Positions 12,555 to 25,617 of a stretch of 64,000 bases of DNA are shown piece after piece. Position numbers and translations under genes: made by a program. The stretch's first letter is position 1. The number at the start of each line of letters is the position of its first letter. The notes beneath the pieces are model-generated. The model did not search any database. It was not told where the DNA came from and saw nothing but the letters and a program-made list of their open reading frames with translations. Origin of the DNA: Squalus acanthias (taxonomy: Eukaryota); assembly GCA_030390025.1 (NCBI GenBank), contig CM059425.1, forward strand, positions 162,380,001-162,444,000. The letters run 5' to 3'.

Positions 12555-13101
12555 TGTGTCTCCTTCCAGTGAGTGTGTCCCGCGGTGTCTCCTTCCAGTG
12601 AGTGTGTCCTGCGGTGTGTCTCCTTCCAGTGAGTGTGTCCCGCGGTGTCTCCTTCCAGTGAGTGTGTCCCGCGATGTCTCCTTCCAGTGAGTGTGTCCCG
12701 CGGTGTCTCCTTCCAGTGAGTGTGTCCCGCGGTGTCTCCTTCCAGTGAGTGTGTCCCGCGGTGTCTCCTTCCAGTGAGTGTGTCCCGCGGTGTCTCCTTC
12801 CAGTGAGTGTGTCCCGCGGTGTCTCCTTCCAGTGAGTGTGTCCCGCGGTGTCTCCTTCCAGTGAGTGTGTCCCGCGATGTCTCCTTCCAGTGAGTGTGTC
12901 CCGCGGTGTCTCCTTCCAGTGAGTGTGTCCCGTGGTGTCTCCTTCCAGTGAGTGTGTCCCGCGGTGTCTCCTTCCAGTGAGTGTGTCCCGCGGTGTCTCC
13001 TTCCAGTGAGTGTGTCCCGTGGTGTCTCCTTCCAGTGAGTGTGTCCCGCGGTGTCTCCTTCCAGTGAGTGTGTCCCGTGGTGTCTCCTTCTAGTGAGTGT
13101 G
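12555..13101. repeat. 29-bp minisatellite, about 19 copies
   Basis: Unit GTGTCTCCTTCCAGTGAGTGTGTCCCGCG, head-to-tail, no spacers. Confidence 0.97.
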
Positions 13102-13102
13102 T

Positions 13103-13965
13103 GGAAGAAAGCTGTAGACTGCAGGAAGATATCAATGGACTGGTCAGGTGGGCAGAAAAGTGGCAAATGGAATTCAATCTGTAGAAGTGTGAGGTAATGC
13201 ATTTGGGGAGGGCTAACAAGGCAAGGGAATACAGAATAAATGTTGGGATACTGGGAAGCATAGAGGAACAGAGGGATCTTGGAGTGCATGTCCACTTATC
13301 CCTGAAGGTAGCAGGATAGGTAGAAAAGGTGGTTAAGAGGGCATACGGGATACTTTCCTTTATTAGCCGAGGCATAGAATGTAAGAACTGTCTCAAACAC
13401 TAGTTAGGCCACAGCTAGAGTATTGCGTACAGTTCTGGTCACCACATTACAGGATAGATGTGATTGCACTAGAGAGAGGGTACCGAGGACATTTGTGAGG
13501 ATGTTGCCAGGACTGGAGAAGTTTAGCTATGAGGAAAGATTGGATAGGCTAGGGTTGTTTTCTCTGGAACAGAGGAGGCTGAGGGGAGATTTAATTGAGG
13601 TGTATAAAATTATGAGGGGCCTAGATAGAGTAGATAGGAAGGACCTATTTCGCATAGCAGAGAGGTCAATAACCAGGGACATAGAGTTAAAGTAATTGGT
13701 AGAAGGATTCGAGGGGAGTTGAGGAGAATTTTTTTCACCTAGAGGGTGGTGGGGGTCTGGAACTCACTGCCTGAAAGGGTGGTAGAGGCAAAAACCCTCA
13801 TCGCATTTAAAAAGTACTTGGATATGCACTTGAAGTGCTGTAACCTACAAGGCTATGGACCAAGAGCTGATAAGTGGGATTAGGCTGGATAGCTCTTTTT
13901 CGGCCGGCACAGACACAATGGGACGAATGGCCTCCTTCTGTGTCGTAAACTTCTGTTATTATTTG
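13103..13965 (+). mobile_element. CR1 LINE 3' portion
   Basis: FSYEERLDRLGLFSLEQRRLRGDLIEVYKIM; 3' UTR GAATGGCCTCCTTCTGTG. Confidence 0.92.
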
Positions 13966-15813
13966 ATTTCTGTTATATGACCTTTGACCCTTGCAGCATG
14001 TGATTCCTGCTGTCCAGCAGGTTGAGAGCTTATCATATATATTTGATTTATCCTGCATTATTCTGGAAGAAGAGCAATAGTTGAAGGAGCTCCAGCTCAA
14101 CAAGAATTGTTTAGCAAACCTTATTTTTGCATTTGCAAACTCAATACATGAACTACAACATCAAAAGTCAAATCGAAAGACATCTCCATGACACCTGTTT
14201 GTGATGTGTCATGATGAGAATGATGCACAACTCTTCTGGCTATTTCCCCTTCCCAAACATAAAAAGATTTGCCAAACACTTTTTCATAAAGATAGTGTTA
14301 CTTTAAATATAGTGTTAGATATGGATAAGGCACATCCCTTCTATAGTCCTTCATATAGTCCTTTACTTGTCACTAGGTTTAAGCATAGATTTCCATGGGA
14401 AAAAAAGGCCAATGGATAAATATTTCTCCTCCATTTGTAACTTCACTTGTAAAGTTGACAGAAAATTTACTGCTTTGTGTCAATCAGCAAAAATAATTCA
14501 GTTACTGAAATAGTTACATTGCAGAAAATACATCAGTTAGACGCACTTAACTTTAGTCCTTCGCATCTATATTAAGTTACACAGTTACCAGATACTGAAT
14601 AATATGATGCTATGCAAACAGATTTTTAAAAAAGTAATGAGTCCAATTACTGTTCTTTCCTTGTGATAGCTTTTAACAGTTCCTAGGAAAGGAATTAGTG
14701 CATAGCTTCTGCATAATTCAGTTCATTTACTGATCAAAGCTTGTTTAGTCCTGTTTCTTTCACACATATCCCGCTTCATCTACCCCCTTATATGTAACTT
14801 TAATTTCCTACAGTAATTGTAACCAAGGCGAACACATGATAAGACAAGCCACACTTCAAATTAATCTGCTGTTAAAACATAGGGCAATTTAAATTTTCAC
14901 ATAACTGCAGGGGCCAGGCAGCTTGGTTCATAGAAGATGCTAAATATAACTACAGGCAATATCTATATAGCAAACGATTAAGACTTATAGTAACAGTGAT
15001 AACATTTGATGAACTTGGAGAGAGAAAAAAATTACACCCTACTAATTTTTCAATGTACTAGCATGCCTGCGGAATAATGTTTGAATAATTAATCAGCCTG
15101 CAGGAATTGTTTCTGAAGGGTAGGCTGTACAATTTTCTATTGTTTCAAATAATTTTATCATTGTGATGTATTAGTAAAGCAAAGGTAGAAAGGGTTACTC
15201 TGTGGCTATTCAGTGAAAAGTGTATTCCTTCTGGAAAGTGTACTAGTGTGGAGGTTGGTTGAAGACAGGATCGGCCTCAGATCTGAAGCCCTTCCCGAAC
15301 AACTGGCTTGCCGACATTCATTATCTAGGTTTTCACACAAAGAAAATGCTTGGGTAAATTATCAGAGGGTGTCCAACACACAACACTTATCCCAACTTGT
15401 TTAAAACAGCTTAATAGACTGGTGGCAAACTTCCCCACAGTGATTTGCATTGCTATTATGCCAGTGGCAAAAGATTTGTATCAGCCTGTGGTCATAAGAG
15501 GTACTTACACGATGGGTTCCTGGGTCAGCTCATACCCTTTGGAGTAGTGATTGATGTAAATACCATGTGAAAGATGTGTAATTTATTAGATTGCATGGAA
15601 GTTGGAGTACAGCCTTTAAATGGCCAGTTCTGGCTGAAAACTGCAGCAGCAGACTGGGGAACAACCAGGTAAAGAAGGAGCAGTGCTTGGCTCACTAACT
15701 TGACTCTCAGATAGTATGCCTCATCAATTTATTTCCCATACTTCTCAAGAAGTCTACAGAAGGAACCACTGGAATAAACAGCCAAACAAGGCAGCATGAT
15801 ATGAGACCCAGGC

Positions 15814-16046
15814 ATGGAAAGAAAAAATAACCCAGAATTTTACAGACTTGGATCTCCAAGCCCTTCTGGCGGAAATAGAGCTAGGGAGACACAGACTACG
15901 GGTGTCTGTGCCAGCAGACCTGCCAGGAATTTTATTGGTTCCACCTGGAGGGAGGTGGCATTGGCACTAACTGGCAATTTACTCACCACAGGACTGCAGA
16001 CCAGTGCCACAAGAAGTTAATTGGCCTCACCAGGGCAGGAAAGGTA
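15814..16046 (+). pseudogene. Decayed Myb/SANT-like coding remnant, probably Harbinger ORF2
   Basis: Reads WREVALALTGNLLT then, after a frameshift, RTADQCHKK..LTRAGK followed by GTAA. This resembles the MSANTD-type W.EVA...RT..QC.KK pattern. An acidic GAG/GAT-rich tract follows at about 16640-16780. Confidence 0.55.
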
Positions 16047-16947
16047 ACACACTGGACACTATCCCTTTTCTTTCTTGCCCACCCTAGGCGCCAGCACAAT
16101 CTTCATCCTCTTAAAGGAACACTTGTACAACTAATCCTTCACAATGCAAACTGCTTAAGGTGGACTCGAACTTGGGATCTTGCATAATGGATACCCAGCT
16201 CCCCTAACTGGAATTGCTTAAATGCACAATGCTAAAACCTCTTTAACAGACTGATACACCCACATCTCTTACTTCACCTCTCCCATTCCACTTAGCACAC
16301 AGTCCCCAACTGCTAGCCTTCCCCTCATTTACTCAATCTTTTTGCGGGAGAAATTAGTGCACAATGATCACCAGAGGCAAAACCCCACCTTAAACTCACA
16401 CTCTTTGCAGGGAAGGCCGTGCAGCTCAATGGGAGGCACTTTGCTTTTCCTAAGGGAGATGGCGAGGTCGGAGGCATAGTGACTGAGCATCTACATTGTC
16501 ACTCTGGCACCCTGTGAAGCCCCACACAGACATAAGCTTCCACCCCCTTAAACCCAAAGTGATAATGCTCATACATTTGTCTACTCTCCTTTCCTGCAGA
16601 CCTACCACAACAACAGGGAGGGAGGGAGGGGGGGGGGGGGGGGAAAGAGAAGGAAGTTGATGATAATGAGGAGGAGCAAGAACAGCACAGACACAACTAC
16701 CTCCTTGTCAACTATGATGGTGATGAGGAGGAAGACAATAAGGATTATGATGAAGAGGGAGATGATGGTGAACTGAAGCCCACCCATGAGTTCCTACAAG
16801 ACCGCCTGCCCATGTTCCTCTGCACCAACCTCCTCCAACACCCCTCCGTGCCGCCTGCTTCAGCTGATGCTGGCAACAGCTGCGCTTTATAAATCTAAGT
16901 CTAAGTTACCTGGAGTGCACTGCGAGTGTAAAGCAGGAAACTCAGCT

Positions 16948-17385
16948 ATTCGTTCACGAGATGTGGGCAGCGCTGGCAAGGCCAGCATTTATTGCCCATT
17001 CCTACTTGCCCTTGAGAAGGTAGTGGTGAGCCACCTTCTTGACCTGCTGCAGTCCATGTGGTGATTCCTCTTTGTAGCGGTTTGGTACAACTCAGAGGGC
17101 TGTTAAAAATCAACCACATTGCTGTTGGTCTGGAGTCACATATAGGCCAGACCGCATAAGGACGGCAGATTTCCTTCCCTAAAGGACATTAGTGAACCAG
17201 ATAGGTTTTTACAACAATCCGATAGTTTCATAGTCATCATTACTGATACTAGCTTTTATATTCCAGATTTATTTAATTAACTGAATTTAAATTCTCAAGC
17301 TGGTGAGATTTGAACTCACGTCTCCGGATCTTAGTCCAGGCCATCTGGATTACTAGTACCAGTAACATAACCACTGTGCTACCTG
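16948..17385 (-). mobile_element. tRNA-derived SINE sharing its 3' tail with the LINE at 58678-60917
   Basis: Head with CAGTGGTTATG...GAGTTCAAATC (A/B box-like); 16948-17065 is the reverse complement of the LINE end at about 60790-60907. Confidence 0.8.
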
Positions 17386-18434
17386 TGCTGTTGTTAGTCT
17401 TCGTTAATATATATGTAAGAGAAGGCACTCAGGTGGGCTGATCGCAGGAAAGGCTGAAAAGTGTGAGGGAACTTGAGGGAGGCAAGTTAATGGTGGAAAA
17501 CTGGTGGAAAGGCTTCTACCTGATTTTCCTGTCAGAAAAATGTATTTGCTCTGATAATGCACTGGAACTCTGCTGAAAACGGCAAGGAAATTCACCCTCA
17601 TTGTGTATGGTCTCCAGCCATATGCACCTAGTTTATACCCTCAATACATCCTGTCTCAATAATTTAGCTTCTTCAAAGGTGAGGAAATTAGGGAAAAATT
17701 AATATAATTTTATCCATAGTTTATTTTCTTTTCTTCTAGCTGCGATCGTGTCATCTTTCAGCCAGGAGCATGAGTGGACTCTTCCATTGATACAGTCAAG
17801 TTGCCTACATTTGCTCAAAGGAAGTATACTTGTTTAGCTTTATATAGCAAGAGTTTTAATGCCAATCTTCTCTCCTCTGAGAAGCAGTGCTCCACTACCA
17901 TAATTGTTGTAATGGGCAAGATGAACATTCAATTTTCCTTTTTCCTGAGAAGTGTGCTTTCTCCTTTGCTAAGCCAGTGACATGCTCCACAATACACCTG
18001 CAGAGTACTGAAGAAACTAAAGTTATTTACTCCCAACATATGACACACATCTGCTAAAACAGCTTAATATATTGTGCGTGCTCCTTCTTATTCCATTCGC
18101 TTTAGCCGTGTGCTCGTAGCTCAAACCTTTTGAACAATTCCTGTCTCAATCGCCTAGCTGACTGCATCTGTTACAAAACATGGAATGGAACCGCCGCAAA
18201 TATGTTAATGTGATAATGTTTTTCACCACACTACACCAGAAATTAGAAGCTGGGCTCAGGTGACGGGCATTGTTGGCACTCCAATGTACAACTATTTGCA
18301 AGGTAGGGTAAGATAAATGGGGTAGATTTGATTTTTGTAATATTAATTTTAAGGTTGTATAAACCAACAAAGTGATTATGGAATATTTGATTCAGATTTC
18401 AGAACAAAAAATCTCTGTGCAAATTCTACTTATA

Positions 18435-19160
18435 CAGGAAACTCTTTATTATCCGGCACCGACGGGACCGGCGTGGTGCCGGTTGATCAAAAAGTCCGGA
18501 TTACAGAGAGGTATACTTACCAAGGTATGAGAGCCCCGTACACGGCCACAGGCTTAAAAATTGGGACCCGGAGAGGGAAAGTAAACTAACACAATGGGAG
18601 GAAACCTTTACAGTATTCCAATTGTTTTAACAATTGTTTAGAGTTTGTGGAAACCGAGCAGAGAGTGCTTGGGGCAAGCGCAACCATCATCGCACCCTTT
18701 ATATCCTGAGGGAGCCGGCTTACGGGAGGGCAGCCTCTGCCGAGGGGGCGATGGGTCTGAGCTCCCCGAGCCGGGCCTGTGTTCCGAATCACGAGACTCC
18801 GGCTTCTTCCTCCGTGGCGGCGACAGGTCCGAGTCGGAAGAACGTTGACCCCCCTTTCGTGGGGGCGAAAGGTCAGAATTGGGGTCTTGTCTTTTCCGTG
18901 GAGACCCATTGAAATTCAAATAGGAAAATTGTTATTGCAATATTCCATCAAATATAAATGATAGAAACACTCTAAGAGGAGGGGGGTTGCCATTCTGATC
19001 ACTGTACCCCCAAAACGGGACAAATCAGTATTCTGAGGCGAGCAAAGCCACACGGCCACTAATATACTGTATAGTAAAACTTACCTGAACCTACTCCTGA
19101 ATTTTGCTGGTTAAAAGAGATTTCCGGATATTTAGGTGCCGGTTAAAAGAGAGTTTCCTG
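18435..19160. mobile_element. Non-autonomous Tc1/mariner-superfamily (pogo/Tigger-like) element carrying cargo
   Basis: TA|CAGGAAACTCTTTATTATCCGGCACC ... GGTGCCGGTTAAAAGAGAGTTTCCTG|TA; TA flanks at 18433-18434 and 19161-19162. Confidence 0.88.
18696..18908 (-). pseudogene. BUD13-like exon fragment captured inside the TIR element
   Basis: Translation SPRKRQDPNSDLSPPRKGGQRSSDSDLSPPRRKK...SSDPSPPRQR contains the SDLSPPR/DPSPPR repeats I recall from BUD13 proteins; candidate GT donor at 18695-18694. Not confirmed by search. Confidence 0.6.
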
Positions 19161-19839
19161 TAGTTTATAGTGTTAGGATGCAATAATTTAGTCATGATGA
19201 CAGCTGCTTCATTTTCTTCGGTTAACTTTTGTATAACTTTGTCACATACTGCTTAGCTATAATTATTTTTCAAATTCATAATTTATAGTTTGGTAAATGT
19301 AATCTTGATTTGCCCATTACTTAAGAAATATATGACTTTTCTCAAAGCAATTCATTGTTTTATATATGCTTTACAATCTGTAATATATTAAAATGTTACA
19401 TCAATGTGCACTTTCTGTTAATTTTTCACATTATAAATTCCTATGTCCACATTTATAATCGACACTGCTTATGTAAAATTTTCATGTTCTAATTACACTT
19501 TACCGCCAGTAGTGGCACTGTGGGGGAATAAAAATTTATATTATAAAGAGAAAAAAATAAGGACAGAATGTATGACTTTAAAATGGGGACTGAATTACAT
19601 CTGCGCACCCTGGTCCAATAATCCCCTTCCCTGTAATCCCGCTTCACCTGCAGACTACATTTGGACATGACTCTCCACGCACAAAGCCATGGATTAGTAT
19701 GAATTATTAAAATTACCCCTTGATGACCTCGAAGGAATATATTAATTTTCCCTTATGTTAAAGTGATACTGTGATATAACAGAAAAGCTCGAGCAATGTA
19801 TGAAGCTCAATATAACCAACTTTGATTTACTGCTTCACA

Positions 19840-20250
19840 TGTCAGTTTGGCTCAATGGTAGCTCTTGCCTTTGACTCAGAGGATTGTGGGTTCAAGCCCC
19901 ACTACAGGACTTGAACACATATAAACTTGGCTGACACTGAGAGCATGCTGCGATGCCTGAAGTTGCTGTCTTTTGTATGAGGATTTGTGTGTTCAGGTGG
20001 ATTTAAATGATCCAATGCCATTTTTTCAAAGTAGAGCAGCGAGTTCTCCTGGTGACGTGGGCAACATTCATCTCACAATCAACATTAGAAAAACAGGTAA
20101 CTGGTTATTCATCTCATTTGGTGTGGGGGACCTTGCTGTGTGCAAAAATTGGTTTTGAATGACAAGACTTCAAAAGTAATTCATGGCTGTAATCCAGTTT
20201 AAGATGTCCTGAGGATGTGAAAGGGGCTATATAAATGCAATTCTATTTCT
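19840..20250 (+). mobile_element. Deu-domain SINE, near full length
   Basis: TGGCTCAATGG (A box), GGTTCAAGCC (B box), central Deu-like block, 3' tail GCTATATAAATGCAA. Confidence 0.75.
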
Positions 20251-21142
20251 TGCCTGCTGCTTATTTCTTTTTTTCAGAAAAGACAGTATATTTTTAAATT
20301 TAAAAAACTGTTTTTGCGATTGATATACTAAGAATGGTGCAGGTACAGTTATATAGTGAAATAATAAGGATCATGTTCAGACAAGATGTTAAGGTAATTA
20401 GAATCACAGACTGATAATATAACATTGCCAGAAAATAAACTAGACACTACATACACTAAACTGTATATCCAACAAAAATTTATATGGAAAGTTTTCACAT
20501 ACTGTATTAAATGAAAGCAATTTCCTGGATGGGTTGGCACTACAGAGGTTAATGTATTTGTCATTTATTATTCCCTGCTTATTAGAGTAAGAACATATTA
20601 GTATCTTCTGTTTCAACACCATTAAAAGGGCAAACATCCATATAATTGTGTCTGCTATTTCTAGACACGGAGAGTTGTCTCACACTACTAGAGTAAGTCA
20701 GTTAATAAGCAACTCCATAACAATTAGTATCAAAAACTACTAACAGCACAATTAATCCTTTGAAGAAATGTGTACGACATAGTGTAGAAAGTTTGACCTA
20801 CCGTAGACAAGAAGAATGTATCTTAGAGGCACAAAATAAAGGACTATGGTGCCAACAGTAAGGATAAAAACAGCCAACCAAGTCAGGAAAGGAACTGTCC
20901 AGTTGAAGGTACTTTAATAGAAATGAGAAATAATTGTTACTGAAAGCAATTGGTTACATGCAATTAAACATGACAATACTAAAACAATGCCAAGAGAGTT
21001 AAGGAGAGACCAACACTTCCATCAGAAGTTCTTTTGGGCATTCACACTTGAAGGTCTGTATTGCAATTTTAAGGTAAAATAGATACTTGTATTATTTACT
21101 GTATTCTTTATCAATTACAGTCAGAACATGTGTAAGAACATT

Positions 21143-21907
21143 TCTCAGATTTTGCTGGAGGAAGGCATTTCCTGGTATGCCCCATTAGTTAAGACTTGTT
21201 CGTGCATGTTTAGCATTTTTTTTTTTTAATTGCCCACAAAGCTGCTGGAGGTGCGAGCTGATAACGGCAAAGGCAACAGGGCATCTGGGACCTTGGTGAA
21301 CAACGGGACAAACAGTGTATCACCTTAACCAATGAGATTAAAGGATTGAGAAATAAACAGAGGAAGGACTGAGAAGGAGGGTAAATTAGAGTGGGTGAAT
21401 TCAATATCAAATCAGGTACAGAAAGAGAAAGAGAGAGAAAGATTGGATTAAGAGAGAGAAAAAAGAAACAGAAAGGAAAAGTAAGAAAAAACATTAAAAA
21501 TTAAAAATTGGACATTTTTAAAGTCTCCTAAAACAATTCACAATCTGAAGGAATGAGACACCACAGTGAAAATTGTTTACTTTCTGGGCAAAAGAGGTTG
21601 ATGGCCAGTCATTAATAATTATTATGCCATTAAAAGGGTACTTATGCTAATTACATACTTAACTTTCTGTGGTGAGTTTAATGAGCAATTAATGTGCAAA
21701 TGCAGCAACTTCATGAAAATCACGGGAAGGTTAAGGGCGAGATGCTGTTTTCGTGAAGCTAACAGCGGAGTGGCGCAAATCGTCCAGCAACTTGTGGTGT
21801 TTCACAATTCACGGGGTGTCTCTTTCTTGCCACAAGTTGCCGGCCGATTTGCACATTAATAATTGTGTGCGTCATTCAGACGCGTTATATTTTCAGCAAA
21901 ATCTGGC
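21143..21907. mobile_element. Non-autonomous DNA transposon / MITE
   Basis: Inverted ends CAGATTTTGCTG (21146-21157) and CAGCAAAATCTG (21894-21905). Confidence 0.6.
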
Positions 21908-23440
21908 ACACTGTATTTTTGAAACTTGCACAGTCACCATTATCTGCTATACGTATAAATGCATAGATACATTTTCATTATCCATAACAATTGTAATTAC
22001 AGTATTTTTCTCATAACATTCTATTTATTTATTTAATATAGTTGTACCAGCAAAATTACAAAAAAACTTTAGAGAAATGAAATGAAGTAAAACTTTTTTT
22101 AGTATGCATAAAATATTCAAGAACTCTCTGGGTAAAGGCTCTTGTTAAATAGAAAACTAAAACAGACAAGCTGCTTTTTCAAGTCACCTAAACCTTTGTT
22201 ATAAGTCTTTTGTTAGAACGGTTCCAGTAACCTTTATGCATTCTTTTTGATAAACTTGGCAGCAATCTAATTTAGGTCACTTCCTTTTAACAATTACTAA
22301 CTTTTATTGTTATTTGTCTTTTTCCACATGTTTCTTTTAAAAGCATCCTCTGCCTCTAAAGTAAAGGACAAGATGAATTACACAAGAACAAGAATTGCAA
22401 GTCCTCATTGTAAAGGTTGGTGTGTGGAAAGGTAACTAATGACAGGACCTGATCATTCATCATCCTGAACTGATGCTTCCTACCAGAAATGTAGCATTCT
22501 GCACTTTGCTCAGAAGGAAATGTGAGGGCCATCACAGAAACAGACAAATGCAATGTGGCAGGACTCACTTTTTTATTCTTTCGTAAAGGCTAGCGACCTC
22601 ATCTAGGCCACTCTGGACAGCTATACACACTTCCTGGATGGCAAACAATTTATCCATCAAGCCTTTCCTTTCAGCCTCCTGAGGGAAAAGAACAATGATA
22701 AATCATGCACTTTGTTGTATTTGGATGAAGCACATTTTATAATACAAAGATTTTGTTAACATTTTGATTTTTTTGTTATATTGAGAAATAAATATTGAAA
22801 ATTAACATAATTTATTGATTGAATATTTGCTCTTCAACCGTAACAGAACATTAATTACCACACCAAAGTCAACTGTCAGAGGAAAAAAAGGTTTATATCA
22901 TACCGTCTCAAGAAAAAGTAACTGGCTCAGTTCAGAAGCTTATTCCTCTAGCTATTTTACACTCAAGTATTGGTGAATGTTTTGTGTGCTTACTGAGGTG
23001 AAGAATGTAATATTCTTCCGCTTTTGCACCCAGCATCACCCTAAGCATTCCGAGGTTTGGGTATAACACCAGAGGCATAGGCAGGAAATTTAGAATTGTG
23101 CAACTCCTCTCACATGCTATGCTCCACACTCGTTGCCACATGCATTTCTTGGGAATATTACCCTGAAATGTTTACATAAAAATGGTGCATTCTGGTTAAT
23201 TTTAAAATGCTTTTTTTTCACAATTAATATGTTTTAATCTTACAAAGGAACGATAAGTGACATTTTGCTTTATCCACATGCAGCACACTAACCAGACTTT
23301 AATTTCATCAAAAGCTATTTGAACATTCACTCCACCCCCCTCTTAGAGGCATTCTCTCTCATTCACAGAGGTCCCCTCCCTTTCTCCCTTCACAGAGGCA
23401 CTTATATTGTTCTTACTCCTGCAGTTCAGAAGTAATCTAT

Positions 23441-23607
23441 GGAGTAGATTTTAACTTTCACTGTCGGACAGTAAACTTGGTGTTGTGGATCAGCAAGTCA
23501 AAAGAAAGGAAAATCGGGTGGGGGTGGGGGCCGGGCGGGGGGGATTAATGGGTGTCCGATCCCCTACTGTCCGTTTTCCACCACCACCGAAAGTTAAAAT
23601 AAGCCCT
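23441..23607. mobile_element. Small Harbinger-like MITE
   Basis: ATTTTAACTTTC / GAAAGTTAAAAT inverted ends; TAT on both flanks. Confidence 0.6.
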
Positions 23608-24902
23608 TATATGTCTAACCTCCCCAATTCACAGAAGCACTCTTCCCTCTAACGCCCAGTTCACATGTATGCTTCTCTCTAAGTCCTACCCCAATTCACA
23701 CAGGCATTTTTCCTCTGCCTCCCCCTTTTTTCACCCTCCCCTCTAAATTCTAATCCCCCTCTAACCACAATCACTAATGCACATGGGCATTCATCCCTCT
23801 CCACCTGTCCATCCATTTTCTATTGGAAATCTCCCTCCCCTAATGGTCTTCTCTCTGCTGGTATTGACTGCAGTTTCCACCTGATACTGCTGCTTCATTC
23901 CAGGACCCTGACTCTGTGCTGCAGATGAGAGTTCCTGACCTATTGCAAATCCCGGAATTGTCACGCACAGGAGAGGGAAGATACAAGCTGCAGTTGGGAC
24001 CATCGAGAAGAGCATCAGGTTGTGGAGTAGCAGCAATCTTCCAGCCAGATTCTTTGGAGCAACGAATCAACTGTTGCAACAGCTGAGTGCCTCCCCAGGG
24101 ATTAAAATGGGCATATATTTGCGTACAGCGTTTACACCTAACTACACCCCTGTACAACACAAATTGAAATGCCAAATCAAGCTCTGTGTACTCCAACCCG
24201 AACCTCAGAAGAGCACTGCGTATTATACCAGTGTGAATTTTTTCACTTACTGTACTAGCTGTTTTTACAGTGACACTACTAACTTAGTGCCCGTGGATAG
24301 TTTTTGTTCTGTGGGCTCATATCCACCAGGGATTGGATTGAGGCAGCTCAAACTCAACAACTTATGACTTGCCCCAAAGGAGATGCTCTTCTTTAAAGAA
24401 CAGTTGCAGTACCAATTTACTGAAGCACCACCACCCTGTACCATGGTAGATCATATCTTCATGCCAGTGATTCCCTGAATAGTGAGTTTGCCAACTCAGT
24501 TATGCCTCAAGCTATGTCTTCATAGGAAAACAATGAGTAGAGGCCTGCCACTTTCCCATGGGCTGGACTTTGTCTGAGATACAAGGAAACCACAGAAGTG
24601 GAAAGTGTTTGAAAATGTAAACTAAAAATATAAAAAGAACAGCTGAAATTCACCAATGTGATGTTCTATTTATTCCATAGGATTTGTTAGGAAGGGGTCT
24701 GAAATGGTTCCATGAATGTGAGGTAGAAATTTGTCCCACAGAATGACCTTTAGCTAACTTTAATGGCTATGATAACACCAGCAGCAACACTCCAGTAAAA
24801 TTCAGTATTTATGACACGAAGCACATTGAAACCCTCCAACAGAAAAACAGATTCATGTTACTACAATTGGAAGGAGAGTCTGAAAAGTGAAAGAGTTTCT
24901 AT

Positions 24903-25617
24903 GGGCTAGAAATTCGGTGCATTTGCGCCTCTTGTTAGCGCCCACGGTGGCGCTAACTGGGCGCAAACGACTTTTCGCCTGGGCGCGGCGCCGCTAACGA
25001 CTCCCGCTAAATTCAGCGGGAGTTTAGTGGCGGCGGTAACCTGTAGCGCCCCGCTCCGCTGGCGATGACAACGTCATCACCGTGTGCAGCGCCCCGTTTT
25101 CACCCCGTGAATCTGTGGCGGGCAATGACAGCGACTGATTCGGGGGTGGGAACAGAGCAGCAGGAGGCTCGTGGGGCGGTGGTGGGAGGGGAAAAAAAAT
25201 ATTGGCTGACTTACTTGTCGCGGCCCGTTGCCTCTTTGAACGCAGGGTCCGTGTCCCGATCTGGCAGCCCGACTCTCCTCTTGTGTGCCGGGCTGCTGGC
25301 ACAGCATCCTGCTCCCTGGTGGTCCAGGTAGGGCCCCGCAGAGTTGTGGGCTTGGGCCGTCCCCTTTAGTGAGGGGAAGGGCCCTTCCATGCGGCAGTGC
25401 TACGTTGCCCAGTGCGTAGCGCTGCAGAATGCACCGCCCCGATATTCGGGGTTAGCGCTCTAAGAAGGAAGTGGAGCGCTTGAATTAGCACTCCACCTCC
25501 CTCTTGGGGCGCTAAAACTGAAGTTAGCAATCGCCGGCGCTATTTTTCACCAGGCGCTAAATTTAGTGCCCAGATGATGTTAGCCACCCAAAATGGTCGC
25601 TAACGAATTTTTCCCCC
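24903..25617 (+). mobile_element. Harbinger-like MITE, family A
   Basis: TAT|GGGCTAGAAATTCG ... CGAATTTTTCCCCC|TAT, 3-bp TSD. Confidence 0.85.

Noticed and set aside
12555..13101. CRISPR-like 29-bp repeat array
   Set aside because: Units are contiguous with no unique spacers, there are no cas genes, and the context is eukaryotic. It is a minisatellite.
12470..13396. 308-aa and 248-aa repeat-protein ORFs
   Set aside because: Antisense CR1 sequence running into the 29-bp array.
19840..19915. tRNA gene
   Set aside because: A/B boxes are present, but I see no cloverleaf and the sequence continues into a SINE body.
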